Part shown: positions 26,681 to 40,596 of the stretch, in pieces
Numbering within the stretch: position 1 is the first letter of the stretch
Layout: the number at the start of each line of letters is the position of its first letter
NCBI RefSeq assembly: GCF_964204645.1
Contig: NW_027437454.1
Coordinates: forward strand, 38,556-102,555
Origin: Tubulanus polymorphus
Taxonomy: Eukaryota; Animalia; Nemertea
Direction: 5' to 3'
Length of the DNA: 64,000 nt
Made by a program: the position numbers and the translations under genes
The notes under the pieces: generated by a model
The model's database searches: none
Told to the model about the DNA's origin: nothing
The model's input: the letters and a program-made list of their open reading frames with translations, nothing else

Positions 26681-27817
26681 GTTGTTGTTGTCTGTGAATT
26701 GTAATTACCAGACGACAAACGGCTTTGAATTCGATGAAAGCTCTGAATTCGTTCATCAGTCACTTCGAATTACCGTTAGTTCCACAATTAATTAATTAAA
26801 GTTTGATTTCCCGTGGGACCGACTCGATCTCGCTTACTCGCTCGTTCCTCGCTGGTTGTATGAGTCGAGTGTGCGGTTGGATCAGTCAGAGAACTGTCTC
26901 CACGTTCGATGAGACTGACTGACTGAATCCCCATGCATCCCGGGGGGCCGTGGCAGTATGCGGGGTGTGGCCCCCACGATTCTCGTTCCGGAATTTACAT
27001 CAACCCAGTTCCGCGTGTGAGATAAGTCTTGACTCAGAGAAGATGATTTGATTTTTTAAGTCCCCACAGTGGACTCAGAGCATTTTGTGGTTAGCCTGCA
27101 TGCCTGCCACGGGTTCGAGTCCTGGATTTGAAGTTTATGAGCTGCCCACGTGTAGGTATGTGTTGCTATGATATTCATGAGTTAGCTTTTTAATCCATTA
27201 AAAATCAAACTCGTGACTGCTCGGGGGCGTGGGCCCACGCGGCTGGGTGGATCCATTTTCCACTCAGCGTCTAGTTTGTTCAGCGAGTAAATGAATAAGT
27301 CGGTAGCTCCTGTAGAGAACGAAGGAGTTAACACGAAATGGGCGAACATTTCATGAATACGTGATTCACTTGCAAAAAAAAAACAACGACGCATTAAAAT
27401 AAGTGCTTTTCCCGATTGAAAATGAATTGAAATAATTGTTTGGACTTATCAACCCCTTCACGCGTCAGTTAACCGAAGCGAGGTGATGTTTTATTAAAAT
27501 GTTCCTCGTTTGGTATTGAAATGAAGCTCTCAGCTGAATTTGATGACTTTTGTATTATTTCACTATTTGTTTTTGAAGATATATCATTTTATTTTGTATC
27601 ATTATTTCATTTTTATTAGGAATTCCTTATAATTCAGTGTACACCATTCAGATATACCTAACAGTTGTTATACATTGCCAAAACTAGATAATAGGCTCTG
27701 TTGTACGTTACAATGCGAAATATCTTTATCTGTTCATGAGGACTTCACAAAAAAAGAGATTTTTTTTAAACAGTTGGAATACTTTATAGAGAATGCACTT
27801 CGAGATTAATTATTAGA

Positions 27818-27990
27818 AAACCCGTTATTGCTGCTTTGCGGCTTTATTTATTGAAATTTTCTGAAAACCCGTTATCGCTGCTTTGCGGCTATATTTATTG
27901 TAATTTTCTGAAAACCCGTTATTGCTGCTTTGCGGCTATATTTATTGTATTTTTCTGAAAACCGGTTATCGCTGCTTTGAGGCTTTATTT
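27818..27990. repeat. ~47-bp tandem repeat (GAAAACCCGTTATTGCTGCTTTGCGGCT...)
   Basis: 4 units plus a solo copy at about 31162-31200. Confidence 0.8.
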
Positions 27991-28789
27991 CATTTTATCT
28001 TTTCTTTTCGAAACCAGTGATAGAGGATGCGTGAAAATTCTGTGGACCCAGTTCCAAAGCAGAGTTAAAATCAAATCATTTTCGATGAGTTAATTCAAAG
28101 TCAAGTTTTATTAACTGACAACTGCGGCGCCGGGCCGAGGTTTGATGAAAATACGAGCATAATTATCGATCCGGATTTGGGTGTTCTCGGAGCCATCCAA
28201 GTCTCGCCCCCTTAATACAACGGTTAAGCTGAAACAACAAAACAGTTCAGATAACCCTGTCGAACTAATCTAAAATAAACGAAGAACGTTATTACGTTAT
28301 GTCGTTTATTTAGGTCGAGAATAATATTTCGAGCATTTTTCTCCTATTCATCATATCTTTTGCGGCGCAGGACAACGTGAAGAAAATATTCGGAAAATAA
28401 CCCCGGCGAATTCAATTTTACGGTTAGCGCTTGAACACACAGACAACACAAACAAATCGGCCGAAAAAATTCAACCGTTGACGATAATGGATCGACGCTA
28501 CTGAGAGGCGAAATGTATTTTTCAAGCCTTGGCGGCCGTCATTTCAGTTTGCGCCGCGCAAACAAACGATGCCGGAAAAAATCGTCAGATTCGCCTCGTG
28601 TCGGGTAAACAAAATCAATCGCGACCGGAACCAGACGACCGATCTCGCCAATTCTCGCGAAATCTCCCGAGATTTCCGTTCGCCGGCGATGGAATTTTGT
28701 CGTGTAAATAGATTGCGGAGTTTGACTGTTGCGTTAAATACAATAACAACAAAGAAAGGCTGTCAGCCATCTGTGATGATCGGTCCGCA

Positions 28790-29530
28790 GTCCCCTGATT
28801 GTCAGTAACAATCTCTGAAAATGGTTTACTGTCCCCTGATTGTCAGGAACAGTCTCTGAAAATGGTTTACTACCCCCTGATAGTCGTGAAAAGTCTCTGA
28901 AAATGGTTTACTGACCCCTGATTGTCAGGAACAGTCTCTGAAAATGGTTTACTATCCCCTGATTGTCGGGAAAAGTCTCTGAAAATGGTTTACTGTCCCC
29001 TGATTGTCAGGAACAGTCTCTGAAAATGGTTTACTGTCCCCTGATTGTCGGGAACAGTCTCTGAAAATGGTTTACTGTCCCCTGATTGTCAGGAACAGTC
29101 TCTGAAAATGGTTTACTGTCCCCTGATTGTCAGGAACAGTCTCTGAAAATGGTTTACTGTCCCCTGATTGTCAGTAACAGTCTCTGAAAATGGTTTACTG
29201 TCCCCTGATTGTCAGGAACAGTCTCTGAAAATTGTTTACTGTCCCCTGATTGTCAGGAACAGTCTCTGAAAATGGTTTACTGTCCCCTGATTGTCAGGAA
29301 CAGTCTCTGAAAATGGTTTACTGTCCCCTGATTGTCAGGAACAGTCTCTGAAAATGGTTTACTGTCTCCTGATTGTCAGGAACAGTCTCTGAAAATGGTT
29401 TACTGTCCCCTGATTGTCAGGAACAGTCTCTGAAAATTGTTTACTGTCCCCTGATTGTCAGGAACAGTCTCTGAAAATGGTTTACTGTCCCCTGATTGTC
29501 AGGAACAGTCTCTGAAAATGGTAAACTGCC
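28790..29530 (+). repeat. 41-bp satellite, second array
   Basis: About 18 units of the same consensus. Confidence 0.95.
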
Positions 29531-30000
29531 CACGAAAATGGATCATTCACCCTTTGGTTAACTATCTACACAAAACTACAATGAAATTTAAGATTTCTGA
29601 CCCTGAAGTACCGGTATTGGCTGAAGTGGCTTATATATAGGAGACATCCCCGATTCTGACCGTTCTCAGCGACATAACGGAATCATTTCACAATCTAAAT
29701 TTCCGCTCACGAATCTCGTCGACTGCGACGCTAAGATGGGATGTCGACTTCTAACCTTCGCCGTAGCTTACTAGTTAATTTAAACGTGTCCCGTATACGA
29801 TCACGGATCGCCAGCGCGATTACCGAACGCGACGATGAATTTTAAACCTTTCGAATGATGAACGATTCTAGAGGTTTCACAACTACACTGAGAAATAGAA
29901 ACGGCGAATGAATATCAAATAGGTAGTGCTAACCTGAAACTATACGAGTCCGTGTTGTATTACAGTCCCACACTAATGCATAAAGATGGTATGGCATGTC

Positions 30001-30461
30001 TCCTTGAGCTAGCAGTTAATTTTTGTTATATCCTAATAGTCATCTTCAGGAATACTGTATTCCTTGAGCTAGTGTAGTTTATTCAACGTTTCGACTATAT
30101 CCTAATAGTCATCTTCAGGAATACTGTATTCCTTGAGCTAGTGTAGTTTATTCAACGTTTCGACTATATCCTAATAGTCATCTTCAGGAATACTGTATTC
30201 CTTGAGCTAGTGTAGTTTATTTCAACGTTTCGACTATATCCTAATAGTCATCTTCAGGAATACTGTATTCCTTGAGCTAGTGTAGTTTATTCAACGTTTC
30301 GACTATATCCTAATAGTCAACTTCAGGAATACTGTATTCCTTGAGCTAGTGTAGTTTATCCAATGTTTCAACCATGTCCTAATGTTCATCTTCAGGAATA
30401 CTGTATATTCCTTGAGCTAGTGTAGTTAATTCGACCTTGTCCCAATAGACATCTTCAGGAA
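30001..30461 (-). ncRNA. Tandem array (~6.5 x 69 nt) of minimal type-I hammerhead ribozymes
   Basis: Same 69-nt unit. Intact cores at 30080-30123, 30149-30192 and 30218-30262; 30288-30331 has A9>U; edge copies are degenerate. Confidence 0.85.
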
Positions 30462-32544
30462 CACAAAATTCTTTTAGCAAAATCATGAGATATTCATAAA
30501 ATCCAGACCAGAGAGACTAAATTAAGCAAAAGGAGACGATGTGAACTATGGGTAATACACAACATAAAATCAGTTATAATGTTAATGAATCTATAGACTG
30601 GGGTACCGAACAAGACTTCTTCGATATAGTTTAAACGTCGAATAAAATGAAGGAAACATTTCGTACTCTTTTTATTCTTAGCGCGCAGGGATTTGATATC
30701 ATATCTCAAATATTATTAGTCTCATTCCTCGATCTTATACATCTGAATGTCATGCTGATAAAAATGCGCCACCGCGCGCCTCCCGGGCAAACGCGCATTA
30801 CAAATTTACATGCATGATTCTGGTTATAACCGGGCCCGCGTCAGATATCCGTGTATATTTAAATTCGTGATATCAATTTGGTTTCGCAGCGGGAAATTGC
30901 CAATTACCGCCCTGAGGATGACATGCCTGATGTGCGATGGAGTTCGCTTCGGTGAGTTATACTGCACCAGTCGCCTGTGAATATCCGTGACGTTTTTTAC
31001 CCTTTGTTACGGTCATTTGAAACGCTTAAACGAGAACGAATGTGTTTTTGAATTATTTCATATCATCGATTCACCGCCAATCCCTATTTCATATTATATC
31101 AATTATTTTTTTTTAATTTCTATTATTCCCGCGGTTCGAATCTTAAAGATACTGCTAGGCGGAAAAACCCTTTATCGCTGCTTTGCGGCTATATTTGTTA
31201 TAAGTTAATTCGTTTATTTACATTACGAATGCTTGTATGACACAAAAATATCTTAACTCCTCTCCCCCTCTCTCTCTCTCTCCCTCACCCTCTCCCTTTC
31301 CCTCTCCCTCCCTCTCTCTCTCTCTCGCTTCCTCTCTCTCTCGCCCTCTCTCTCTCTCTACCTCGCTTCCTCTCTCCCTCGTCAATGGACGTGGGAACAC
31401 TCGCATACATTCATAACTGGTAGCGATATTTTAATGAATAGACTTTTAAGAATCCTATAAAGTGAATATTCTCGTTGAGTCTCCGGGGGGAATTTAATGT
31501 ATATCTCCGGCTACAGAGACTGCAGTAAGAATCGCGTGAAAATAACCATATGCGCTCGCGATACTTAATTCTCGCTGTTGTTATATATTCTCGATGCTGT
31601 CAGGTACTCGAACTTCGATCCCGTTGTTAATGTCCGTCTGAACATAAATTCATTATCAATTAAATCTGTATTGTATTTGTCGTCGGCAAAGTAAATCTCG
31701 CCGTCCGGACAAATCTCAGCGGACGCTACACAGACTGAGACTCGCATGCAGTCTGTTGAATCGACTCCTGTCTGGCCTGGTTCCGCGTCCGGACAAACTA
31801 GATATCTAGCAGTCCGAACGCGTTTAGGTTCAGTGGCAAATGTTATGAAGATAAGACCGGGCTTAGCTCATTTTGGTCCAGGTTCATGGGTTAGACTTGA
31901 GGTAAGACCGGACTTGGCTCATTTACGTTCAAGATTCAAGGTTCAGACTTAAGCAAAGACAGGACTTAATTCACCTAATATGGTCCCATAAAAAATGCAA
32001 TCAATTTAAAAGCCATTTTTGACCTGGTTTCGAAATCCCGATTTTTTTTTTTAACTGATTCCAGCGGTATTTTCCCGCTCACAAATTCACACCCGCGTTT
32101 CATACGTTTTAAACGACGACAAACGTTGCGTCGCATTCTGACGTTGAATAATACACGTTAACGCCGACTCGTTACGTTTTACGACGGAAATGGCGTCGAT
32201 AACGCGTATATGACTGTGTAGTACGGCGGCGGAGAGTAGGGCTGCATATCCGCGCAAAGCGCGCCGATCATCACCGGGTTGTTGATTCCGTGACGGCCTA
32301 CATTTACATATATAAATGATGCTATCAGACATGGGATGAATAGTGAAGTGATTTCGGGGGGAATAAGAAATTGCTCGCGCCGGCCACGGTTGCGTCCTTC
32401 GTTAATAGAGGCACATGCCTGCGCTGACTGACGCGTTGCTGTTCAGATGAGAGGCCGCAGAATAATGCATCCAATTGCCGGCCTTAAGCGGCCTGTGTAT
32501 TACATAACTACATGCATATAGCCGTTAGAGCCCGTTAATAACGA

Positions 32545-32850
32545 GATTCGATGAGATACGGCGAGATACTACGAGAGACTATGAGATACTACGAGATAAA
32601 GTGAGAAATTACGAGAAACTATGAGATACTACGAGATATAGCGAGAAATTACGGGAGAAACTTTGAGATACTAGGAGATACAGCGAGAAAATACGAGATA
32701 CTATGAGATACTAGGAGATACAGCGAGAAATTACGAGAAACTATGAGATACTACGAGATACAGCGAGAAAATACGAGAGACTATGAGATGTTTCGCGATA
32801 CAGCGAGAAATTACGAGTTGCAGCGAGAAACTACAAGATACCATGAGGTT
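32545..32850. repeat. GAGATACTACGAGA-type tandem repeat
   Basis: Degenerate ~41-bp units. Confidence 0.8.
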
Positions 32851-33899
32851 AAAAATGAGCTAAAAATCCTGCGAGATTTTATTTCTTGGTATAATCGGTC
32901 TGTCCTCTCCTTCTCACTCTCCTCATCTCCTCACCCAACCGATATCGGAAGGTGACGGACGCTTTTCCTACGCATCCACAGCTGTCTCAAATAGAGCCAT
33001 TACGATCGCGTCAATAGCGCTATCCTGGGAACTGTAACGCTTAAGATGACGTCACAACCGGTGATAACTATTCGACGGCGCAGGTGTTTTAGGACTGGCT
33101 GAGGGATGATTCGGCGTAGATGTCGTTTACGTTCGTGAGACAAAAACAAAGCTAGTCGGTTAATCGACATGTCCCTCGAGCGCCTTCGTATATTCTCAGA
33201 GAGTCTCTCTTCTCGGCTAGCTCGAGGCTTCACTGGTGTTAATGTCGCTTTCGCATAGGCAAACAGACTGTTTTACTATAAACGCGGATAACACGCTGGA
33301 TATAAAGAAAGTGTTGTCTCTCGTCATCTACCTGGTAACGGAGAGCCAGGAGAGAGAGGGGGAGAGGGAGAGGGAGAGGAAGAGGGAGAGGGAGAGCCAG
33401 GAGAGGGAGAGGGAGAGCCAGGAGAGGGAGAGCCAGGAGAGGGAGAGCCAAGAGAGGGAGAGGGAGAGCCAGGAGAGGGAGAGGGAGAGCCAGGAGAGGG
33501 AGAGGGAGAGCCAGGAGAGGGAGAGGGGAGGGAGAGGGAGAGCCAGTAGAGGGAGAGCCAGGAGAGGGAGAGCCAGGAGAGGGGAGGGAGAGATAGGAGA
33601 GGGAGAGGGAGAGCCAGGAGAGGGAGAGGGGAGGGAGAGGGAGAGGGACAGAATGAGAGGGGTGTGGGGAAGGAAAAGTGTACACGGGTTTTATGTATAT
33701 TTTCTAAAGTAATTAACAGTGTTTCAAACACACATCCATCAATTAATCTAGAACGAGCGAGATTTCGTCTGCTGTAAGCGGGTGGCTCCGGCGCTATAAC
33801 TACTGCTGCTGCTTCGTTTTATCAAACAATCACTAATTGAAACGAATGAATCACTTCCTTCTTATGTGTGTTATACAGGCTGACTCGATAGAGGCTCCT

Positions 33900-34160
33900 T
33901 TCAGCCTGACTCATGGGCTGTCTCAGCCTGACTCATGGGCTGCCTCAGCCTGACTCGTGGGCTGTCTCGGCCTGACTCGTGGGCTGTCTCGGCCTGACTC
34001 GTGGGCTGCCTCGGCCTGACTCGTGGGCTGCCTCAACCTGACTCGTGGGCTGCCTCAGCCTGACTAGTGGGCTGTCTCAGCCTGACTCGTGGGCTGTCTC
34101 AGCCTGACTCGTGGGCTGTCTCAGCCTGACTCATGGGGCCGCAGCCTAACTCGTGGGGCT
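33900..34160. repeat. 22-bp minisatellite (CAGCCTGACTCGTGGGCTGTCT)
   Basis: About 11 units. Confidence 0.9.
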
Positions 34161-34368
34161 GTCTCCTCAGCCAAGCGGATCCTCACTTGCCACATGTGGA
34201 ATCCTTAATGCCTCAGTAGTTGATGTCCTACTGCACGCTAGTGACACCTGGTGGATCCTCATATGCTACAATCGGAATCTTTCTATTGTCGCAGTATAAA
34301 GTGGAGTCTTCGCTGTCTCATCCGCAATGCAGCAATTCATTCGTTAAAAGCGCACGTGCACCAGCAGT

Positions 34369-34406
<38 letters not shown>

Positions 34407-34829
34407 ACTACAAAGACAAGTCATCTATCATTCGATTTTACAAAATTGAGGCGGCAAACAAATAAATACAAGGATGAAATGAAAGCCGTAATGCACCGAG
34501 CACACCCGAACACACGGTTAGTTTGAACAGACACATACATCAACCCCGCAGGCACAAATCGAAATCCACGTACTGCCGAGTTTTCAAACATTCAATATAA
34601 TTTCTAAACCCTTGCGGTATTCGCTGTTTCGTCAAGCGATAAAAATATTTATAGGGACAACAAATAATTTAAACGCCGCGTGTGAATTGATGATTGTATT
34701 TGTCTACACGACATTTAGACAACAAACAGAACCACGGAGGATGCAGCGGTTCACACAGTCCGCTAACACAAACCACTGGAGTATCGATTTCTCCGTGGAT
34801 TTAATGACTGATATCATATCTGGTGAGAC

Positions 34830-35400
34830 ACTCGTGTTTCCCGTTTCTCATGTTTCCCGTGTTTTCTCGTGTTTCTCGTATTTCTCGTGTTTCTCATGTT
34901 TCCCGTTTAATTTCTCGTATTTCTCGTGTTTCCCGTGTTTCTCGTGTGTTCCGTGTTTCTCGTATTTCCCGTGTTTCTCGTGTTTCTTGTTTTTCTCGTG
35001 TTTCCCGTGTTTCCTGTGTTTCTTGTGTTTCTCATATTTCCCGTGTTTCTCGTATTTCCCGTGTTTCTCGTATTTCCCGTGTTTCTCTTATTTCCCGTGT
35101 TTCTCGTGTTTCCCGTATTTCCCGTGTTTCTCGTATTTCCCGTGTTTCCCGTGTTTCTTGTGTTTCTCGTGTTTCTCGTGTTTAATTCCGTGGTATCGAC
35201 CTATCGGCTGGGTCCAGTTTGACATTTCTCGTGTTTCCCGTGTTTCTTGTGTTTCTCGTGTTTCCCGTGTTTAATTCCGTGGTATCGACCTATCGGCTGG
35301 GTCCAGTTTGACATTTCTCGTGTTTCCCGTGTTTCTTGTGTTTCTCGTGTTTCTCGTGTTTAATTCCGTGGTATCGACCGATCGGCTGGGCCCAGTTTGA
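34830..35400. repeat. 9-bp TTTCYCGTG tandem repeat with higher-order duplication
   Basis: Direct repeats. Confidence 0.9.
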
Positions 35401-35686
35401 CGAAAACGTTAGAAACTCACATTCTTGGTGTGTTACGTTTATATGCTTTTGACGAGGAAAACTAAAAATCATTTTAAGCTGGACCCGGGGACTTACCTTA
35501 AATGCGATAAAACCGCTGTATTTACGTTAAAAAAATGCTTTTTTTCAACCACATATAATGTGACGATTTGTGTTCTTCCATCCTTTATTGCAATTTTTGG
35601 TTAAAGAGCCCATTGGGGTCATCTTAGATCGCGCTATTGTTTGACCCCGGCCAATTCTTCTCCGTGTGACCGCGGCTGCGGTGTTG

Positions 35687-35756
35687 CGAGGGCGGATCTA
35701 GGAAAATTGGAAGGCGGGGACCCCGAGACCACCCCCCCCCCCTAAATCCGCCCCTG
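35687..35756. mobile_element. Very short MITE-like element
   Basis: GGGCGGATCTAGG...CCTAAATCCGCCCCTG inverted termini. Confidence 0.45.
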
Positions 35757-36814
35757 TGTTTCAAGTTCGTCATATCGAAGTCGATTCGCTGTATTATGCG
35801 CGAGTGCGGAGTTTAGCACGAGAATAAAGAAAATAAAGAAACGATTGAACCGTGGTTTAATATATCAACGCGTCTAAACGATTATTGCTGCTCGATATTA
35901 AGAAAATAATACAGAATCCTTTTATTAATAATAAAAACGTAATATCGATAGTTGCGGATGTTTTCACACGATATTCACGCGAGATATTACAGTTGTGCGT
36001 CGATAAATGTTGGCCGTATTAAGTTCTGAATGTCATACAGCGATTTATGCGTTTAGAAGGCGGCCAACTTTTCAACTAAGTGTCCATTAAAGAGTAGCCT
36101 AAATCATTAGCAGTATTTTGATGATGTCATAGGGGGATTTATGGAGTCAGACATATTTTATGGATGTATATCTCGTATGAAACCACTAGTAGACAACTTT
36201 ATGATGTCATAGGTGGATTTACAGAGGCAGAATCTTTTCGAAACATGATTTCTCAACCATCTTTTCTAGAAGTGTCTAGAGACCAAATCACTAGCAGACA
36301 ATCTGATGATGTCATAGGATGATAGATTTATGAAGGCAAATAATCCTCTCTAGATGCGTCTATAGACAAAATCACTATAGTAGCTAATTGAAGAAATCGT
36401 ATGGTATTATTGGGGCAGCCATATTTTAAGAAGGTGTCTAAGGTCCAATCACTTTAGTAGGCAATTTGATGATGTCATAGGGGGATTTACGGACGTATTC
36501 TGTTGCCATGATGCTGGCCGTCATTTTGTTTAATGAGTTGAAAAGTGACGGTTGTAGATTTTCGTTGGTTGTATATTCCTCTTTCTTCCTCTCTCCGAAT
36601 AATCATCTCTCTTTACTCTTCTTCTCTTCTCTCTCTCTCTCTCTCCTTGCTCAAATCGATTTGTATGCCAATCACTATTGCCCAAGAGGCAATTAATCAG
36701 AATATGTGTCTTTGAGACTATTGCAGTGAAGCGATTGGTTTTTATCCACAGTGAAGAGAGAATGTCATGACGGAATCATCGACGCTTCTCTCAATATCTA
36801 CCACTAACCCGCAC

Positions 36815-37115
36815 CAGCCTGGGTGGGTGGCAGCGAATCTAGGCAGCCCGGGTGGGTGGCAGCGAATCTAGGCAGCCCGGGTGGGTGGCAGCGAATCTAG
36901 GCAGCCTGGGTGGGTGGCAGCGAATCTAGGCAGCCCGGGTGGGTGGCAGCGAATCTAGGCAGCCCGGGTGGGTGGCAGCGAATCTAGGCAGCCCGGGTGG
37001 GTGGCAGCGAATCTAGGCAGCCTGGGTGGGTGGCAGCGAATCTAGGCAGCCTGGGTGGGTAGCAGCGAATCTAGGCAGCCTGGGTGGGTGGCAGCGAATC
37101 TAGGCAGCCTGGGTG
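36815..37115. repeat. 29-bp minisatellite (GGCAGCCCGGGTGGGTGGCAGCGAATCTA)
   Basis: About 10 units. Confidence 0.93.
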
Positions 37116-37646
37116 GCTTACACCTGGGGGTGACAGTGAGTCGACAACTAACCCGCGCCAGACAGAGAAGGGATAGCCTGGATCCTGGCGTTTATTCCGA
37201 GTTTGTACAAGTCTGTACAAGTACATGTGTGAAGTGTGGACGATAAGTTTTTGGCAGTTGTTAATGGGCAGAACCGGCGGCCGTATGAAGGGGAATCGAC
37301 TCGCAAAATGGCGTCAAGGGTTCCCTCTGGCGCGCGTGCGTGTGTTAGTGTGCGGAGAAACTGTTCTCGGAAAGTAATAATATCAGCCGCGTGAATGTCT
37401 CCTTAACCCAATTCGTCGCTAATCCGGGGCACTGGAACGAGTGTTAGGTGTACTATTAGCGATGAATTTTTATCCCTCACAGAATAGGAATACAAAACCG
37501 TAAAACCTGCCGATTATAAATATGATCCGAGTGGTGTTTAGTGGTCTGCGGTTTAAGAAAAATGAATATATGAAAATCGGATTGTTTAGATAATTCAAAA
37601 ATTGAAAACTAGAAATTTATCCTCCTAAAACCTGCTGATTATAATC

Positions 37647-38075
37647 TCGATCTGAGAGGTGTTTTCGATCTGAGGGGTGTTTTCGAGCTGAGGGGTGTTT
37701 TCGATTTGAGGGGTGTTTTCGATCTGTGGGGTGTTTTCGATCTGTGGGGTGTTTTCGATCTGAGGGGTGTTTTCGAGCTGAGGGGTGTTTTCGATCTGAG
37801 GGGTGTTTTCGATCTGAGGGGTGTTTTCGATCTGTGGGGTGTTTTCGATCTGTGGGGTGTTTTCGATCTGAGGGGTGTTTTCGATCTGAGGGGTGTTTTC
37901 GATCTGAGGGGTGTTTTCGATCTGTGGGGTGTTTTCGATCTGAGGGGTGTTTTCGATCTGTGGGGTGTTTTCGATCTGAGGGGTGTTTTCGATCTGTGGG
38001 GTGTTTTCGATCTGTGGGGTGTTTTCGATCTGAGGGGTGTTTTCGATCCGTGAGGTGTTTTCGATCTGAGGGTCG
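37647..38075. repeat. 18-bp minisatellite (TGTTTTCGATCTGWGGGG)
   Basis: About 23 units; source of the IENTPQ-repeat ORF. Confidence 0.93.
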
Positions 38076-38584
38076 ATAGTTAGAACTTGATATTTAACTG
38101 AATCGACAAGAACCATGGAACTTAAACCAAACAACAGTTCCTCGATTCAATTCAATACTAGTTCCATAGATTTTAAGCAGGAAAATAGAAACAGAAAAGG
38201 ATTCAAAAAGGCAGAAAAATTCATGAATAAAGGAAGCTCTTTTTGGAAGATACAGAGAGAAAGAGTGAGAAATAGAAGAGTTTTTGATAGAATTTGAAAG
38301 AGCGCAGTCTCGTATCTAAGTTTATCCTTTAGTTCGTTCTGACATTTCGAATGCGTTTTGTTTTCACATTTCGAAGACGTCGGCGCAATATATTTCTGAG
38401 GTTTCCGATTTCAGGAATTCTGAGCCGTTTGACATTTCTCGTCATTTCGTATCGAGTGAATACATTGTCGCACTCCGTCATCGTCGCTCGAGCATTCGCC
38501 ATTTGAGCTAGCGCCGAAAACCGATGTCTAATGCCTTAAGTCGGATGTTGAAAGTGTCGTTTAACCATTCGTCGAAATCCCCTG

Positions 38585-38691
<107 letters not shown>

Positions 38692-39191
38692 CTTTTTATT
38701 CAGACAAACCACACCCCCTCCCTCCTCCCTCTCTGAACCATTTCCGAGACTCTTGACATTAGGAAAATATGACTGGCTTCACATAAATCCCCCTATGACA
38801 TCACCCAAGTTGATCTATCGCCTCCTCCCCAACCAAGTTCTGCCTGCATAAATCCCTCAATGACATCATCAGAAATGTCTAATAGCTACATGCTCTAGCT
38901 ACATAGACAATCCAATAAATCTACTACCTCAATGAATCCCCCTATGACGTCAGGAAAGTTGAGTACTATTGATTTGAACTAAGAAAGGATGGCCGTTTTC
39001 ACAGATCCCCCTATGATTTGATATGTAAACTCTTTCACTTAGAGTAAAAATGGCTGCCTTCTATTATCATTTTATCATTGCCAACGTAAGTCCCCTATGA
39101 CATCATCAAGTTGACATCACAACGTTCCTCCTATCTTCCTCTGTCTCCCATCTCTCCATCCTCCACACGTCCTTGCCGCTGGCGCATATTC

Positions 39192-39238
<47 letters not shown>

Positions 39239-39694
39239 AGGGAGAACTATTATCATTAATCTATCGACTGAAAATGATTATCATCGAACTAGGAACCTTC
39301 TCTCTCCCTAAACATTCATCGATTCCAAGTCGACGAATTCCTCGTTAATCCAACACACATGCACAGATCCGATTTGAATATTAATGTTTACCTAACGAGC
39401 TAGTCCGATACGCGGCCACGCATTTCAGGGATTACCGCGTCCGTACCCCGGGTCTCTTATAGTATATAATGAGAGGTTGGTAGTAATAGCCGCGGGGGTG
39501 ATTTAAAATTACCCCCCCCCCTCCCTCCCTCCCCCACGGCCACTCCCTCAGCGACACATATTTTCTTGTTTCTATATCATTAATTCATTCATCCTTGTGC
39601 ATACTTAAATACATTCATGACGGTCCGCTCGTTAAACCGTTTAGTGGTCCCCGTAGGGTCGACTATGTATCAACGGCTCGTTATAATGAGAGGC

Positions 39695-39730
<36 letters not shown>

Positions 39731-40596
39731 CCTCCCTCCCTCCCTCCCTCCCTCTCTCTCTCTCTCTCTCTCCCTCCCTCCCTCCCTCTCTCTCTCTCCC
39801 TCCCCTCTCTCTATCTCTCTCCCTCCCCTCCTCCCTTTCTCGCTCCTCTCTCCGGCCACCGCCTCTTCCCATCTCTCTCTCCCTCCCTCTCTCTCTCTCA
39901 CTCTCTCTCCCACCCTCTTCCATCTCTCTCCTCTCCCCAGCCACCGCCTCTTATGCAAGCAATACAATTTCCTCAAAGCTGATAGATATCATTTACCTGT
40001 CATAGCACAAGAGCTCTGTTGCACACCCCCTGTCCACTCGACATAGAAAAAGCGTATATATTTCATTATCACTAAAAAAATCTCATTTCCTCTTCACTTT
40101 TCCCCATTCCCTTTGCTTTCCTGAATATTCGGATACCAACAACCTTCACTCCATCTGATTTTGTTTACAGTCAAACGCGCACACATATGAATCCGGCCGC
40201 ATCATTCCGGGGTCAAATAATAGATCATTAGGCTCAAAAACTGGGCGCCTCAACCCGCGAAGAACAACAACGCCAGAACAATCAACACGCACAATGTCAA
40301 CATCAATGTGAGAAATGCGCGAGGAAACGATCATCTCATCAGGGACGAGGAAAGAAGGAGACAGACGGACAGTGATGACTGTGATAGCAGACTGAGATGA
40401 ATTCCCCGTTTATGGAATCACCCGCTGCACCTAATGAACTGCGGTATTGCCGACATGCTTATGAAGTGAAAACACCGCCGCATGGCGTGTGTGTAAAAAT
40501 GTTGTCAATAGTCGAGATGAAAATCCGGGGTTTTACACACTTGTGATGCCGTGTAGAATAAAGCGTGGCACGGTTTACGTGTCTCTCACGCTGGTT

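Noticed and set aside
27086-27122. Possible additional tRNA gene
   Set aside because: Only A-box-like and B-box motifs, with no cloverleaf; at most a SINE-head fragment.
37625-38134. 169-aa IENTPQ-repeat ORF, and the LDPVPQLCGF, poly-SL/ER, poly-QE and Pro/Ser-rich ORFs elsewhere
   Set aside because: Translations of mini- and microsatellites, open in several frames and strands, with no splice or domain support.
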